DNA from: an uncultured Eubacteriales bacterium
GTDB taxonomy: Bacteria > Bacillota > Clostridia > Peptostreptococcales > Anaerovoracaceae
Direction of reading: 5' to 3'
Assembly: GCA_949289445.1 (NCBI GenBank)
Contig: CASEOD010000028.1
Location: 14,897-78,896 of the forward strand
DNA length: 64,000 nt
The translations under genes and the position numbers were made by a program. Under the pieces are notes generated by a model. The model did not search any database. It saw only the letters and a program-made list of their open reading frames with translations, and was not told the origin of the DNA. Each line of letters opens with the position of its first letter. Positions within the stretch are counted from its first letter, which is position 1. This document shows, piece after piece, positions 38,967-48,571 of this stretch.

Positions 38967-41138
38967 TTAAAATTTCATAGTCAGACCGATCTTTTTCTTT
39001 TCCGGATCAATGCTGAGAATTTTTACTTTTACCGTATCTCCCACAGACACCACATCCATAGGATGACTGATAAACCGATTGCTCATCTGCGATATATGCA
39101 CCAGACCGTCCTGTTTTACACCGATATCGACGAAAGCTCCGAAATCCACCACATTACGCACTGTTCCCGTCAGTTCCATGTCCACCTTCAGATCCTCAAA
39201 GCTGCGCACGTCATTTCTGAAAATTACCGGCGGCGCATCCTCTCTCGGATCTCTGGCAGGTTTTTTCATTTCAGCGATAATATCCGTCAGGGTCATCTGA
39301 CCGATACCCAGATCCTCTGCCATCTTCTTTACACTTTCAGCCGGTTTCTTTGCGGGATAAGCCTGAAAGATCTTTTCATCGATGTTTCCGGCTCCCCCTT
39401 TTGCAATATCTTCTTTGGAAATGCCAATCTTAGCCATCATCTCTTCGCATGCCCCGTAGGACTCAGGATGTACGGAGGTGCTGTCCAGAGGCTCCGTTCC
39501 GTCAGCAATACGCATAAAGCCTGCGCACTGCTTAAAAGCTTTTTCTCCCAGTTTGGATACATTCAGAAGCTCTTTTCTGTTGCGGAACCTTCCGTGTTCC
39601 TCTCTGTATGCCACAATGTTCCTGGCGATTCCCATATTGACTCCTGCAATATAAGAAAGCAGTGACGGTGAAGCGGTATTCAGATCAACGCCCACCCGGT
39701 TTACACAGTCTTCCACCACATTGGCCAGAGCCGTATCCAGCTGTTTCTGATTGATGTCATGCTGATACTGTCCTACTCCGATATGCTTGGGATCGATCTT
39801 GACAAGCTCTGCCAGAGGGTCCTGCAGACGCCGTCCCAGAGACATGGCGCCTCTTGTGGTTACATCCAGATCCGGATATTCTTCCGTGGCCAGTTTGGAA
39901 GCGGAGTACACAGATGCACCCGCCTCATTGACGATAGTATACTGAATGGGATAATCGTGTTTTTTCAGGAAAGCGGCAACCACTTCTTCAGTTTCTCTGG
40001 AAGCCGTACCGTTTCCGATAACGATAATATCCGTACCGTATTTTTCGATGATTTTCTGCAGAGTCCGTTCCGTGCCCGCCACATCGTTTTTCGGCTCTGT
40101 AGGATAAATGGTGGTGTATGCTTTCAGTTTTCCTGTTTCATCCAGTACCGCCACCTTGCAGCCGGTTCTGTAACCCGGGTCAATGGCAATGATTTTCTTT
40201 CCCTTCACAGGTGGCACCATGAGAAGTTTTTCTGTATTTTTGGCAAATACCTTGACTGCATCCGTCTCTGCCCGTTCAGTAAGTATGTTTCTCATTTCCC
40301 TTTCAATGGAAGGCGCAATGAGCCGTTTATAAGCATCGGCGATGGTATCCTGCAGGAGATCTGTAAATATGGATTTGCCCCGAATCACCTGTTTTGCAAT
40401 GAGACTGGTGATCTCCTCACTATCTATGGCCACCTTCACTTTCAGTTTCTTTTCCTTTTCTCCCCGGTTTACTGCCAGTACTCTGTGATTAGGCATTTTG
40501 GAGATGGCCTCACTGCTGCCGTAGTACATATCGTACACTGTCTTTTCTTCCGGATCCACTGCCTCTGTGGCAATCTGACCTCTGGCATAAGTCTTTTCTC
40601 TGATGGCTTTGGTCAGATCCGCATCATCGGCTATCATCTCCGCAATGATGTCCATGGCCCCCTGTGCGGCCTCTTTCGGTGTATTCACTTCCTTTTCTGG
40701 ATCGACAAAGTCTGCGGCGATCTCCTCCACGCTGCCTTCTTTTTTCTGCTGCGCATAAAAGATCATGGCAAGGGGCTCCAGTCCCCGCTCTTTCGCTTTG
40801 GAAGCTCTGGTCGCCTTCTTCTGCTTGTATGGTTTGTAGAGGTCCTCTACCCGCTGCAGAACCTCAGCCTTTTCGATCTCTTCCTTCAGAGGCTCTGTCA
40901 GCTTGCCCTGCTCTTCAATGAGACGAATGACTTCTTCCTTGCGGCTTTCCAGATTACGCAGGTACTGCAGTCTTTCCTCCATATCGCGGAGAACCACATC
41001 GGTCAGCCCGCCTGTCACTTCTTTTCTGTAACGGGCGATAAAAGGAATTGTGTTTCCTTCGTCGATCAGTTCCACAGTATGCTCCACCTGCGTTCTTTTC
41101 ACCTTAAATTCACTTGCCAGTTTTTCTACAATGTTCAT
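38967..41138 (-). CDS. tex: Tex family transcriptional accessory protein
   Basis: TIPFIARYRKE, DPGYRTGCK, EAGASVYSAS, C-terminal S1 domain. Confidence 0.95.
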   Translation of the reverse strand: MNIVEKLASEFKVKRTQVEHTVELIDEGNTIPFIARYRKEVTGGLTDVVLRDMEERLQYLRNLESRKEEVIRLIEEQGKLTEPLKEEIEKAEVLQRVEDLYKPYKQKKATRASKAKERGLEPLAMIFYAQQKKEGSVEEIAADFVDPEKEVNTPKEAAQGAMDIIAEMIADDADLTKAIREKTYARGQIATEAVDPEEKTVYDMYYGSSEAISKMPNHRVLAVNRGEKEKKLKVKVAIDSEEITSLIAKQVIRGKSIFTDLLQDTIADAYKRLIAPSIEREMRNILTERAETDAVKVFAKNTEKLLMVPPVKGKKIIAIDPGYRTGCKVAVLDETGKLKAYTTIYPTEPKNDVAGTERTLQKIIEKYGTDIIVIGNGTASRETEEVVAAFLKKHDYPIQYTIVNEAGASVYSASKLATEEYPDLDVTTRGAMSLGRRLQDPLAELVKIDPKHIGVGQYQHDINQKQLDTALANVVEDCVNRVGVDLNTASPSLLSYIAGVNMGIARNIVAYREEHGRFRNRKELLNVSKLGEKAFKQCAGFMRIADGTEPLDSTSVHPESYGACEEMMAKIGISKEDIAKGGAGNIDEKIFQAYPAKKPAESVKKMAEDLGIGQMTLTDIIAEMKKPARDPREDAPPVIFRNDVRSFEDLKVDMELTGTVRNVVDFGAFVDIGVKQDGLVHISQMSNRFISHPMDVVSVGDTVKVKILSIDPEKKKIGLTMKF

Positions 41139-41139
41139 A

Positions 41140-42247
41140 TTAGTTATTGTCCTTCTGTTTCAGTTTCTCGTTAATAAAGTAATCCAGATCACCATCCATC
41201 ACTGCATTGACGTTTCCCACCTCTGCGCCTGTCCTGTGATCCTTGACCATGGTATAGGGCTGGAAAACATAGGATCGAATCTGAGAACCCCAGGTGATCA
41301 GCGAAAAGTCCCCTTTCAGTTCCTTCAGATTCTCTTTATGTTCCTGCTCCTTCAGTTCCATCAGCTTGGATGCCAGAATCTTCATGGCCATTTCCTTATT
41401 CTGATGCTGGCTTCGTTCATTCTGGCAGGTTACCACAATATGGGTCGGAAGATGGGTAATACGAATGGCGGAGTCTGTTTTATTGACATGCTGTCCACCT
41501 GCGCCGCTACTCCTGTAGGTATCGATCCGCAGATCTTCCGGATCGATTTCCACAGTCATATCATCTTCAATTTCAGGCATAACTTCAAGAGCCGCAAAGG
41601 AGGTCTGCCGCTTTCCGGCAGAGTTAAACGGCGAAATTCTTACCAGCCGGTGCACACCTTTCTCGTTTTTCAGATACCCATAGGCATTCTCTCCTTCGAC
41701 AATAAGGGTGGCGCTTTTGATGCCTGCCTCCGTATCGTCCTGAAGATCCACCATGGTCACCTTGTAGCCTTTTTTCTCACACCAACGGGTATACATACGC
41801 AGTAGCATCTCTGCCCAGTCCATGGCGTCTACGCCGCCGGTGCCGGCATGAATAGAGATGATTGCGTTGTTGTGGTCATACTTTCCGTCCAAAAGAGTAT
41901 CCAGTTTCAGCTCTTCCAGACTTTTCTGCAGTTCCTCAAAGGAAGACACGATAGACCGGGCTTCTTCCTCGTCTTCCATTTCCTCCGCCAGCTCGATAAG
42001 TTCTCCAATATCTTCAAGGTCTGTTTCCAGGGTTTCATACTGTTCAACCTTTTTTTCCAGAGCCTTTTTTTTCTTTAGTAAATTCTGGGCCGCCTCCGGA
42101 TCATTCCAGAAATCCGCAGCCTCTGTCTGCCTGTTCAGGTCAGCTAGTTTTTCCCTCAGACCAGACAGGTCAAAGGGACTCACCTGCCTCTTTAAGATTC
42201 GCCTTTGCAATCGGCAGTTCAGATTTAATCTGATCTAACTGAATCAT
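41140..42247 (-). CDS. prfB: Peptide chain release factor 2, +1 programmed frameshift
   Basis: MIQLDQIKSELPIAKANLKEAGESL then CTT TGA C at 42175-42169; SPF and GGQ motifs in the downstream frame. Confidence 0.97.
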
Positions 42248-42575
42248 TGTATCACTTCCTTTTCTATAAGATTGATGCCAGTATATTTTATCATAAAATG
42301 TGTGCGGCGTAAAACGAATGTTTTGACAGAAAACCGCTTTTCTCTTCTTCTCGGTTTTATAGACTTTTCTGAGCAGTTCTGCTATAATAAAGCCAAAAAA
42401 CAATAAAAGGAATTCCAAAGGTTCTGCGGGTTTCCCATGATCATTTGTTTCTCATTTTCACGCTTTGACAGCTGAATGAAAAAGGTTTTGTCTGTTTGTT
42501 GTGTGGATATAATCCTTTTTCCCTGTCTGCCATATATCAGCGAAGTGCCCGCAGCACCCAATCTCATCAACTACT

Positions 42576-43406
42576 ATGAAAATCAGATTCAAAGATTATC
42601 AGATAGGTCTGCTGACCGGTCTGTTTGACGTTTCTGCAGATACCATCAGACTTTACGGAAAAAAGGGCATTCTTGCAGAAAAGAAACACGAAAACTCCAA
42701 TTACAGGATTTTTTACCGTGACGATATTTTCAACATGGATTATATCATGCGGCTTCGTGCAATGGATGTTCCTTTGGACGATATTTTTGAAATTGTCTGC
42801 ACCTCCGATCTCAGTCACACCCGTGAAACGATCATGGAAAGGCTGCGTACCACTGATAGGGAACTTGCCAGACTGATTGCAGTCAGAGAAAATCTGCATC
42901 ATTATCTGGAGTTTCTCAATCAGACAATCCAAAACTGCAATAAACCCGAACTCACATCCAGACCACTGACTTTTCTCATGATGGACATTGAAAAATCCAT
43001 TCCGGAAACAGTCGCCTTTCTGAAATCTTTAGATCCGTCCCTGCAGCCACAGCTTTCCCTGTATACTCCGGGCACAAAGACGCCCCTTGAAACCAGCACG
43101 GACTTCCTGAACAAGCAGCGGCGCGAAGAAGGAAATTTTGTCATAACCTGCCAGGACATCAATTCCGTCAGCCGGAGAAAAGGATTCCCGTCAGATCGGA
43201 TTTCTATTATCGGTCCTTCCAGATTTGTCACTGCCATCTGCTATACACGTACCGACAGTGAGTATGAATTTATTGAAATTGTCAATCAGTATATTCGTCA
43301 GCAGGGGCTTGAAAAAAAAGGAAATTACTTTGCCCAGTATATCATGTCTGAAGATATCCACGGCTGCCCGACAGACTATTATAAAGTCTGGACTCCGGCC
43401 AAATAG
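42576..43406 (+). CDS. MerR-family transcriptional regulator (BmrR-like, effector-binding C-terminus)
   Basis: YQIGLLTGLFDVSADTIRLYGKKGIL...NSNYRIF, LRAMDVPLDDI. Confidence 0.85.
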   Translation: MKIRFKDYQIGLLTGLFDVSADTIRLYGKKGILAEKKHENSNYRIFYRDDIFNMDYIMRLRAMDVPLDDIFEIVCTSDLSHTRETIMERLRTTDRELARLIAVRENLHHYLEFLNQTIQNCNKPELTSRPLTFLMMDIEKSIPETVAFLKSLDPSLQPQLSLYTPGTKTPLETSTDFLNKQRREEGNFVITCQDINSVSRRKGFPSDRISIIGPSRFVTAICYTRTDSEYEFIEIVNQYIRQQGLEKKGNYFAQYIMSEDIHGCPTDYYKVWTPAK

Positions 43407-43938
43407 GAGTCTGTGCCGGCGGCAGTCTGTACGCAACTGTGATATATGGTTAATAACTTTATCGTCATGAAAGTCGAAAGAAACTCCGCACAGATATCAA
43501 CCACAATTTTTAAAAATCCTGCGATTATGTATAAATGTTAACCAGAAAACAATTTTTTTGTATTTTAAGTATGCACTTTTTAAGGACTTCCTTTAAAACT
43601 TATACATCTTTTTCATATTTAAGTCTATTTTGGTTGAAAATATGGGAAAATATGGGTATTTATGCAGTTACACAGACCTGCTTTGCTCAAATCCTTATAC
43701 TCTTTTCTCTCGAAACAAAAAATTCCGGTTGACATTCCCTCAGTTCTGCGTCTATCAAAAGACGGAAATCAGAAAACTGCTTTCCGCCTTTTGTTTTTTT
43801 GGATAAAAAGCCCGAGCATGAAACTTCTGTCTGAAAGTTCTGCCGGCATTCCTTTTTTCCGTTTTTTATTCATCCGTTCTATTTTACAGCAAAAAAACAC
43901 TATATATAAAATATTATATAAAAAATTTCAAATTTTCA

Positions 43939-43969
43939 TTGACTCTTGACCTGGTCAAGACGATAGAAT
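43939..43969 (+). promoter_or_regulatory. MerR-type promoter/operator
   Basis: TTGACT-19 nt-TAGAAT with perfect palindrome TCTTGACC-T-GGTCAAGA (43944-43960). Confidence 0.85.
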
Positions 43970-44016
43970 AGCCTCAAGCAATAAAAAAACAGAAAAATCT
44001 GAAAGGAGACAAAAGT

Positions 44017-44721
44017 ATGAGTTTTAAGGAACTTACTAACAGTGGCCTGCTCTGGGCCATGGTCATTATCGGTATTATTTTAGTGGCAGTGATTACAATG
44101 TATTACTATTTTCTCTGCAGAAGACATGCTCTGAAAGTAGGGATCAGCAAGGAAACCGTCAATGCGGTGGTAAAATCCTCTCTGACCTTTTCCATCGTGC
44201 CGTCTCTGGCAATTGTGACAGGACTCGCCTCTCTGGCTGTGGTCATCGGACTGCCTTACGGCTGGTTCAGACTCTCTGTACTGGGTTCCGTAACCTATGA
44301 ACTGATGGCCGCAAATCTGGCATTGTCCGCTTTGGGAGTAGATGTAAACAATGCAGGCGCCGACGCCTTTATTCTCATGGCATGGGCAATGTGCATCGGA
44401 ATCACCAGTACCATGATCGCCAACCTATGTCTGTGTAAACCAATGCATCTGGGATCTGTAAAACTGGGAGATAAAGATCAGAGATGGGGCGCACTGTCAC
44501 AGAGCACTTTCATGAGCGCCCTGCTGTGCGCACTGATAGTGCCTATGATCTTCGGCGGACTTGTAAGTTTGCTGACTTTTGTCACCAGTATCGTAATCGC
44601 TCTGGTCATCAGTGCAGTTTCAAAAGCTACCGGCGCCGGATGGCTTGCACAGTTTTCTCTGGCTTTCAGCCTTATCGGCGCAATGGCGTCCTCTGTACTG
44701 TGGAACAATCTGTTTGGCTGA
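44017..44721 (+). CDS. DUF5058-family membrane protein
   Basis: FSIVPSLAI, GLPYGWFRLSVLGSVTYELMAA; AAAGGAG RBS. Confidence 0.8.
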   Translation: MSFKELTNSGLLWAMVIIGIILVAVITMYYYFLCRRHALKVGISKETVNAVVKSSLTFSIVPSLAIVTGLASLAVVIGLPYGWFRLSVLGSVTYELMAANLALSALGVDVNNAGADAFILMAWAMCIGITSTMIANLCLCKPMHLGSVKLGDKDQRWGALSQSTFMSALLCALIVPMIFGGLVSLLTFVTSIVIALVISAVSKATGAGWLAQFSLAFSLIGAMASSVLWNNLFG

Positions 44722-44763
44722 CAAAATTCTTCAACTGAGATGATATAGAAAGGTGGAAATCAA

Positions 44764-45522
44764 ATGGCTATTATCAATAAAAAATGCGGAAATGAATATT
44801 ATGACAGAATGCACCGTATCGGATACTGGATCACGCTGGCTGCCATCGCAATCTTTGTGGCAGTGCCTTTAATCCTCAGTATTGTAACCGGTATTTATCC
44901 GACCTTCTCCGGTCTGCTTCTCGCCTGCGGCGGAATCTGCGCAATCTTTATCCCTACCGGAATCGCGGAAATGTTTGCGGAAGTACCTGTTATGGGTTCC
45001 TCGTACTATGTGTCCTGTGTCACAGGCAACATCCTGAATCTGAAACTTCCTTCCGCCATGAATGCACTGAAAATTGCCAACGTAAAAGCAGGAACTGAAG
45101 CCGCTGATGCCATCACCGGTGTTGCAGTGGCCGTTTCTTCCATGGTAACTCTGGTACTTCTTGCTTTAGGATGCATTCTTCTGACACCGCTGCAGCCGGT
45201 TTTCGATTCTCCTGCTGTTTCTGTTGCAGCCGCAAACGTGCTTCCGGCGCTGTTCGGTTGTCTGGCTCTCGGCAGTATCAGCAACGACATGGGCGCAGGC
45301 ATCTATTCCAAAAAACGTATGCTGGGCGCAGCGCTTCCGTTTATTCTCTGTGTCATTGCTTTCCTCATCGATCCGGCTTTCTACAGTTCATGGCAGGGCG
45401 TCGTAATGATGATCTGTATTCCACTGGTATATATACCTACCAAGATTCGGTACAAGAAAGGCATTATTCAGGTATTCCTGCCGGAAGACAATGCCGATAA
45501 AACCACAGCGGAGGAAAAATAA
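44764..45522 (+). CDS. Polytopic membrane protein (usual DUF5058 partner)
   Basis: YVSCVTGNILNLKLP, VLPALFG; multiple TM segments. Confidence 0.75.
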   Translation: MAIINKKCGNEYYDRMHRIGYWITLAAIAIFVAVPLILSIVTGIYPTFSGLLLACGGICAIFIPTGIAEMFAEVPVMGSSYYVSCVTGNILNLKLPSAMNALKIANVKAGTEAADAITGVAVAVSSMVTLVLLALGCILLTPLQPVFDSPAVSVAAANVLPALFGCLALGSISNDMGAGIYSKKRMLGAALPFILCVIAFLIDPAFYSSWQGVVMMICIPLVYIPTKIRYKKGIIQVFLPEDNADKTTAEEK

Positions 45523-45523
45523 A

Positions 45524-46702
45524 ATGAATGATCTGAGCATAAAAGCGCAGAAAACGGTGGAGAGTCTGTCATCAGAACTGAAAGAGCTGGCGTTGAATAT
45601 CTGGAATAATCCGGAAATCGGCCTGGAAGAGCATACGGCATGCAGACTTCAGATCGAGCTTCTGAAAAAATACGGGTTCGAGACGGAATCTCCTTTCGCC
45701 GGATTCGAGACGGCTTATCGAGCCGTATATCGGGGAAAAAAGCCGGGTCCCAGAATTGCCATGCTGGCAGAATATGACGCTCTCCCTGAAATCGGTCACG
45801 GCTGCGGCCATAATCTCATCGCCATGGTGGGCGTAGGCTCAGGAATTGCCATGAGAGAACTGGCCGATGAACTGGGCGGTGAAATCTATGTCTTCGGCAC
45901 GCCTGCAGAAGAAAATCTGGGTTCAAAAGTACAAATGTCGGAGCAGGGCGCTTTTGACGCAATGGATGTGGCCATGATGAGCCATCCTTCGTCATATAAT
46001 GCAGACTGTTTTAATACGACGGCAGTAAACTCTTACCAGATCTCCTTTTACGGAAAACCTGCCCATGCCGCAGGCGCTCCCTATGAAGGCAGAAATGCTC
46101 TGGATGCCATGATCAACTTTTTTAACATGGTGAACGCGCTTCGTCAGCAGACAAAACCCGATGTACGGATTCACGGAATTATTACCAAAGGCGGCGCCGC
46201 TCCCAACATTATTCCCGATTATACAGAAAGCATCTTTTATCTGCGCGCCAATCACTACCGGGATCTGGATGACTTGTTTACCAGAGTGGAAAACTGTGCA
46301 AAAGGCGCCGCATTAGGCGCCGGTGTCGAATGCAGGACAGGTTTTACACAGGGGAATAACAAAGATACCTGCAGCAATCTTGCTCTTGCAGATCTGATTG
46401 CCCGGCAGATGGAACGTCTGGGCGTTACAGTAACCCGAACCAACGGTGAATACACACCGGGGTCATCCGATATGGGGGATGTCAGCTACTGCTGTCCGGC
46501 CGTACAGAGCACCTTTGATATCAGCGGCGGCAAAAATATCAATCCTCATACACGTGAATTTACACAATGCGCCGGGTCCCAGGGAGGAATGGATGCCGCC
46601 CTGAAGGTAATCTGCGGCTTTTATCTTACCGCTGCGGAACTGATGAGCAATCCTGACTGCCTTCAGACAATCAGAGACGAATTTGACAGAATGCAGAAAT
46701 GA
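45524..46702 (+). CDS. M20 amidohydrolase (Acy1L2/AbgB-like), copy 1
   Basis: NPEIG, AEYDALP, GHGCGHN, GTPAEE, GSSDMGDVS; start ATG 45524. Confidence 0.9.
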   Translation: MNDLSIKAQKTVESLSSELKELALNIWNNPEIGLEEHTACRLQIELLKKYGFETESPFAGFETAYRAVYRGKKPGPRIAMLAEYDALPEIGHGCGHNLIAMVGVGSGIAMRELADELGGEIYVFGTPAEENLGSKVQMSEQGAFDAMDVAMMSHPSSYNADCFNTTAVNSYQISFYGKPAHAAGAPYEGRNALDAMINFFNMVNALRQQTKPDVRIHGIITKGGAAPNIIPDYTESIFYLRANHYRDLDDLFTRVENCAKGAALGAGVECRTGFTQGNNKDTCSNLALADLIARQMERLGVTVTRTNGEYTPGSSDMGDVSYCCPAVQSTFDISGGKNINPHTREFTQCAGSQGGMDAALKVICGFYLTAAELMSNPDCLQTIRDEFDRMQK

Positions 46703-46723
46703 AAAACAGAAAGGTGAACAAGT

Positions 46724-47920
46724 ATGGAACAGAAAGAAAAGGATATGAGCCGAATTCAGACAATTGTGAGCGAACTTGCCCCAGAACTGAAAGATCTGGC
46801 TCTGAAAATTCATGATAATCCGGAACTGGGAAACCGGGAATACAAAGCCTGTCAATGGCAGCTGGAATTATTAAAAAAATACGGCTTTGAAGCTTCAGAC
46901 AACTTCTGTGAGATTCCCACAGCATACAAAGCAGTCTATAAGGGGAAGAATCCGGGTCCGAAAATCGCTATGCTGGCTGAATACGATGCCCTGCCTGAGC
47001 TGGGTCACGGATGTGGCCATAATCTCATCGCCATGATATCCGTGGGAACCGGCATTGCAGTCAGAGAGTTCGTCGATCGGTACGGCGGAGAGATCCATGT
47101 TATCGGCACTCCTGCCGAAGAAACTGCCGGCGCCAAAGTGGAAATGTCAAAAAAAGGTGCTTTTAAGGGATATGATGTGGCAATGATGGCTCATCCTTTT
47201 GAAGAAAACGGAAGTTCCATCAACACCATGGCCATGACCTGCCGCTTGTACGAATTCTACGGGAAGACGGCCCACGCAGCCGCCGCTCCCCACGAGGGAC
47301 TCAACGCACTGGACGCAGTGATCAATTTTTTCAATCTGGTCAATGCCATGAGACAGCAGACAAAATCCGATGCCAGAATCCACGGCATTATTGTAAAAGG
47401 CGGTGAGGCTCCGAATATTATTCCCGATTATACTTCCGCTCTGTTTTATATTCGCGCCAATAAAGCCGCCTATGTGGAAGAACTGATGGATAAAATCGCA
47501 GCCTGTGCAGAAGGGGCGGCTCTGGGTACAGGAACAACTGTAAAGATCAGTGAAGCAGAAGCAGACTTTAAGGATACCGACAGTAATATGTATTTGTCTG
47601 AGCTGGTCTGCCAACAGTATGAAAAGCTGGGACACCGGATCAAACGCTGCGGAAACGAAATCCTGCCCGGTTCTTCCGATCTGGGGGACGTCAGCTATGA
47701 ATGTCCCGCCGTACAGCTGATGTGCGGTATGGGACAGCCGGAAGACGGCGGACACTACGGAGCTCATACCAGAGAATTTGTGGAACGTTCCTGCTCTGAA
47801 GAAGCTTTAAACAATGGACTGGAATTTATCAAAGCCTTTACCATGACCTCTGTGGAACTGATGACTGAGCCCGCGCACCTCAAGGCGATTAAGGAGGAAT
47901 TCGCAAAAGTAGGTCAGTAA
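46724..47920 (+). CDS. M20 amidohydrolase (Acy1L2/AbgB-like), copy 2
   Basis: HDNPELG, AEYDALP, GHGCGHN, GTPAEE, GSSDLGDVS. Confidence 0.9.
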   Translation: MEQKEKDMSRIQTIVSELAPELKDLALKIHDNPELGNREYKACQWQLELLKKYGFEASDNFCEIPTAYKAVYKGKNPGPKIAMLAEYDALPELGHGCGHNLIAMISVGTGIAVREFVDRYGGEIHVIGTPAEETAGAKVEMSKKGAFKGYDVAMMAHPFEENGSSINTMAMTCRLYEFYGKTAHAAAAPHEGLNALDAVINFFNLVNAMRQQTKSDARIHGIIVKGGEAPNIIPDYTSALFYIRANKAAYVEELMDKIAACAEGAALGTGTTVKISEAEADFKDTDSNMYLSELVCQQYEKLGHRIKRCGNEILPGSSDLGDVSYECPAVQLMCGMGQPEDGGHYGAHTREFVERSCSEEALNNGLEFIKAFTMTSVELMTEPAHLKAIKEEFAKVGQ

Positions 47921-47961
47921 AGAGATGGCAGGAGAAATATCGTAAATCAGCATTTTGTGTA

Positions 47962-48000
47962 AAAGAAAAAAGTCTCAAACTATGAGAGACTTTTTTCTTT
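47962..48000. terminator. Bidirectional terminator
   Basis: AAAGAAAAAAGTCTC-loop-GAGACTTTTTTCTTT. Confidence 0.7.
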
Positions 48001-48040
48001 ATTTGAAATGAGTGTCATACTGCATGCGAACAGCAAGCCG

Positions 48041-48544
48041 TTATTTTCTTTTTCTGCTGCGCTTTGCCTGTGCACGCTGTGCACGCTGCTGTTCCTGACG
48101 ACGGAGTTTTTCCTTCTCCATCTCTTCCTGTTCTTCTTCTGTGTAATTATCGACGATCATGTCAGGATTCATTTCTGCAGCAAGTTCCAGAATCTTACGG
48201 CAGTCTTCTGGAGTAAACTGAAAAGTCCGGAGCATAACTCCCTTTTCAAAGGTGATCTGCGCATTGGGACGGGCCTTGATGTAATCCGGCTGCACTGCCG
48301 TAATCTCACTCCATTCCCAGCGGTTATCGGAAACCAGTCCGAAAAAACTTCGGCGGATATCCACACCTTCTTTGGAAACAATATGCTCTTTTTTGTGAAA
48401 CACGGCAGCCATAATCAATGCGGTAATCGGCAGGTAAAAATACTGTTTTGCCATGAATTCAAGAACCAGCAGCATTGCCCCCACGATAAGAATCATAGCA
48501 TTTCTTGACTTTGTCCGTGTTTTCAGAATCCCTTTATACTCCAT
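48041..48544 (-). CDS. Hypothetical membrane protein (2 TM, soluble domain, charged tail)
   Basis: 167-aa ORF directly downstream of nhaC-like gene, ending before the terminator. Confidence 0.7.
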   Translation of the reverse strand: MEYKGILKTRTKSRNAMILIVGAMLLVLEFMAKQYFYLPITALIMAAVFHKKEHIVSKEGVDIRRSFFGLVSDNRWEWSEITAVQPDYIKARPNAQITFEKGVMLRTFQFTPEDCRKILELAAEMNPDMIVDNYTEEEQEEMEKEKLRRQEQQRAQRAQAKRSRKRK

Positions 48545-48571
48545 ATTTCATTACTTCTTCCATTTTGATTT

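Noticed and set aside
38259-41174. Long plus-strand ORFs (468 aa and 471 aa)
   Set aside because: Antisense shadows of the HAD and tex genes; no RBS or recognisable motifs
43517-43543. dif-like sequence CCTGCGATTATGTATAAATGTTAACC
   Set aside because: Arm spacing and XerD arm do not fit the 11-6-11 consensus; gene orientation bias does not switch here
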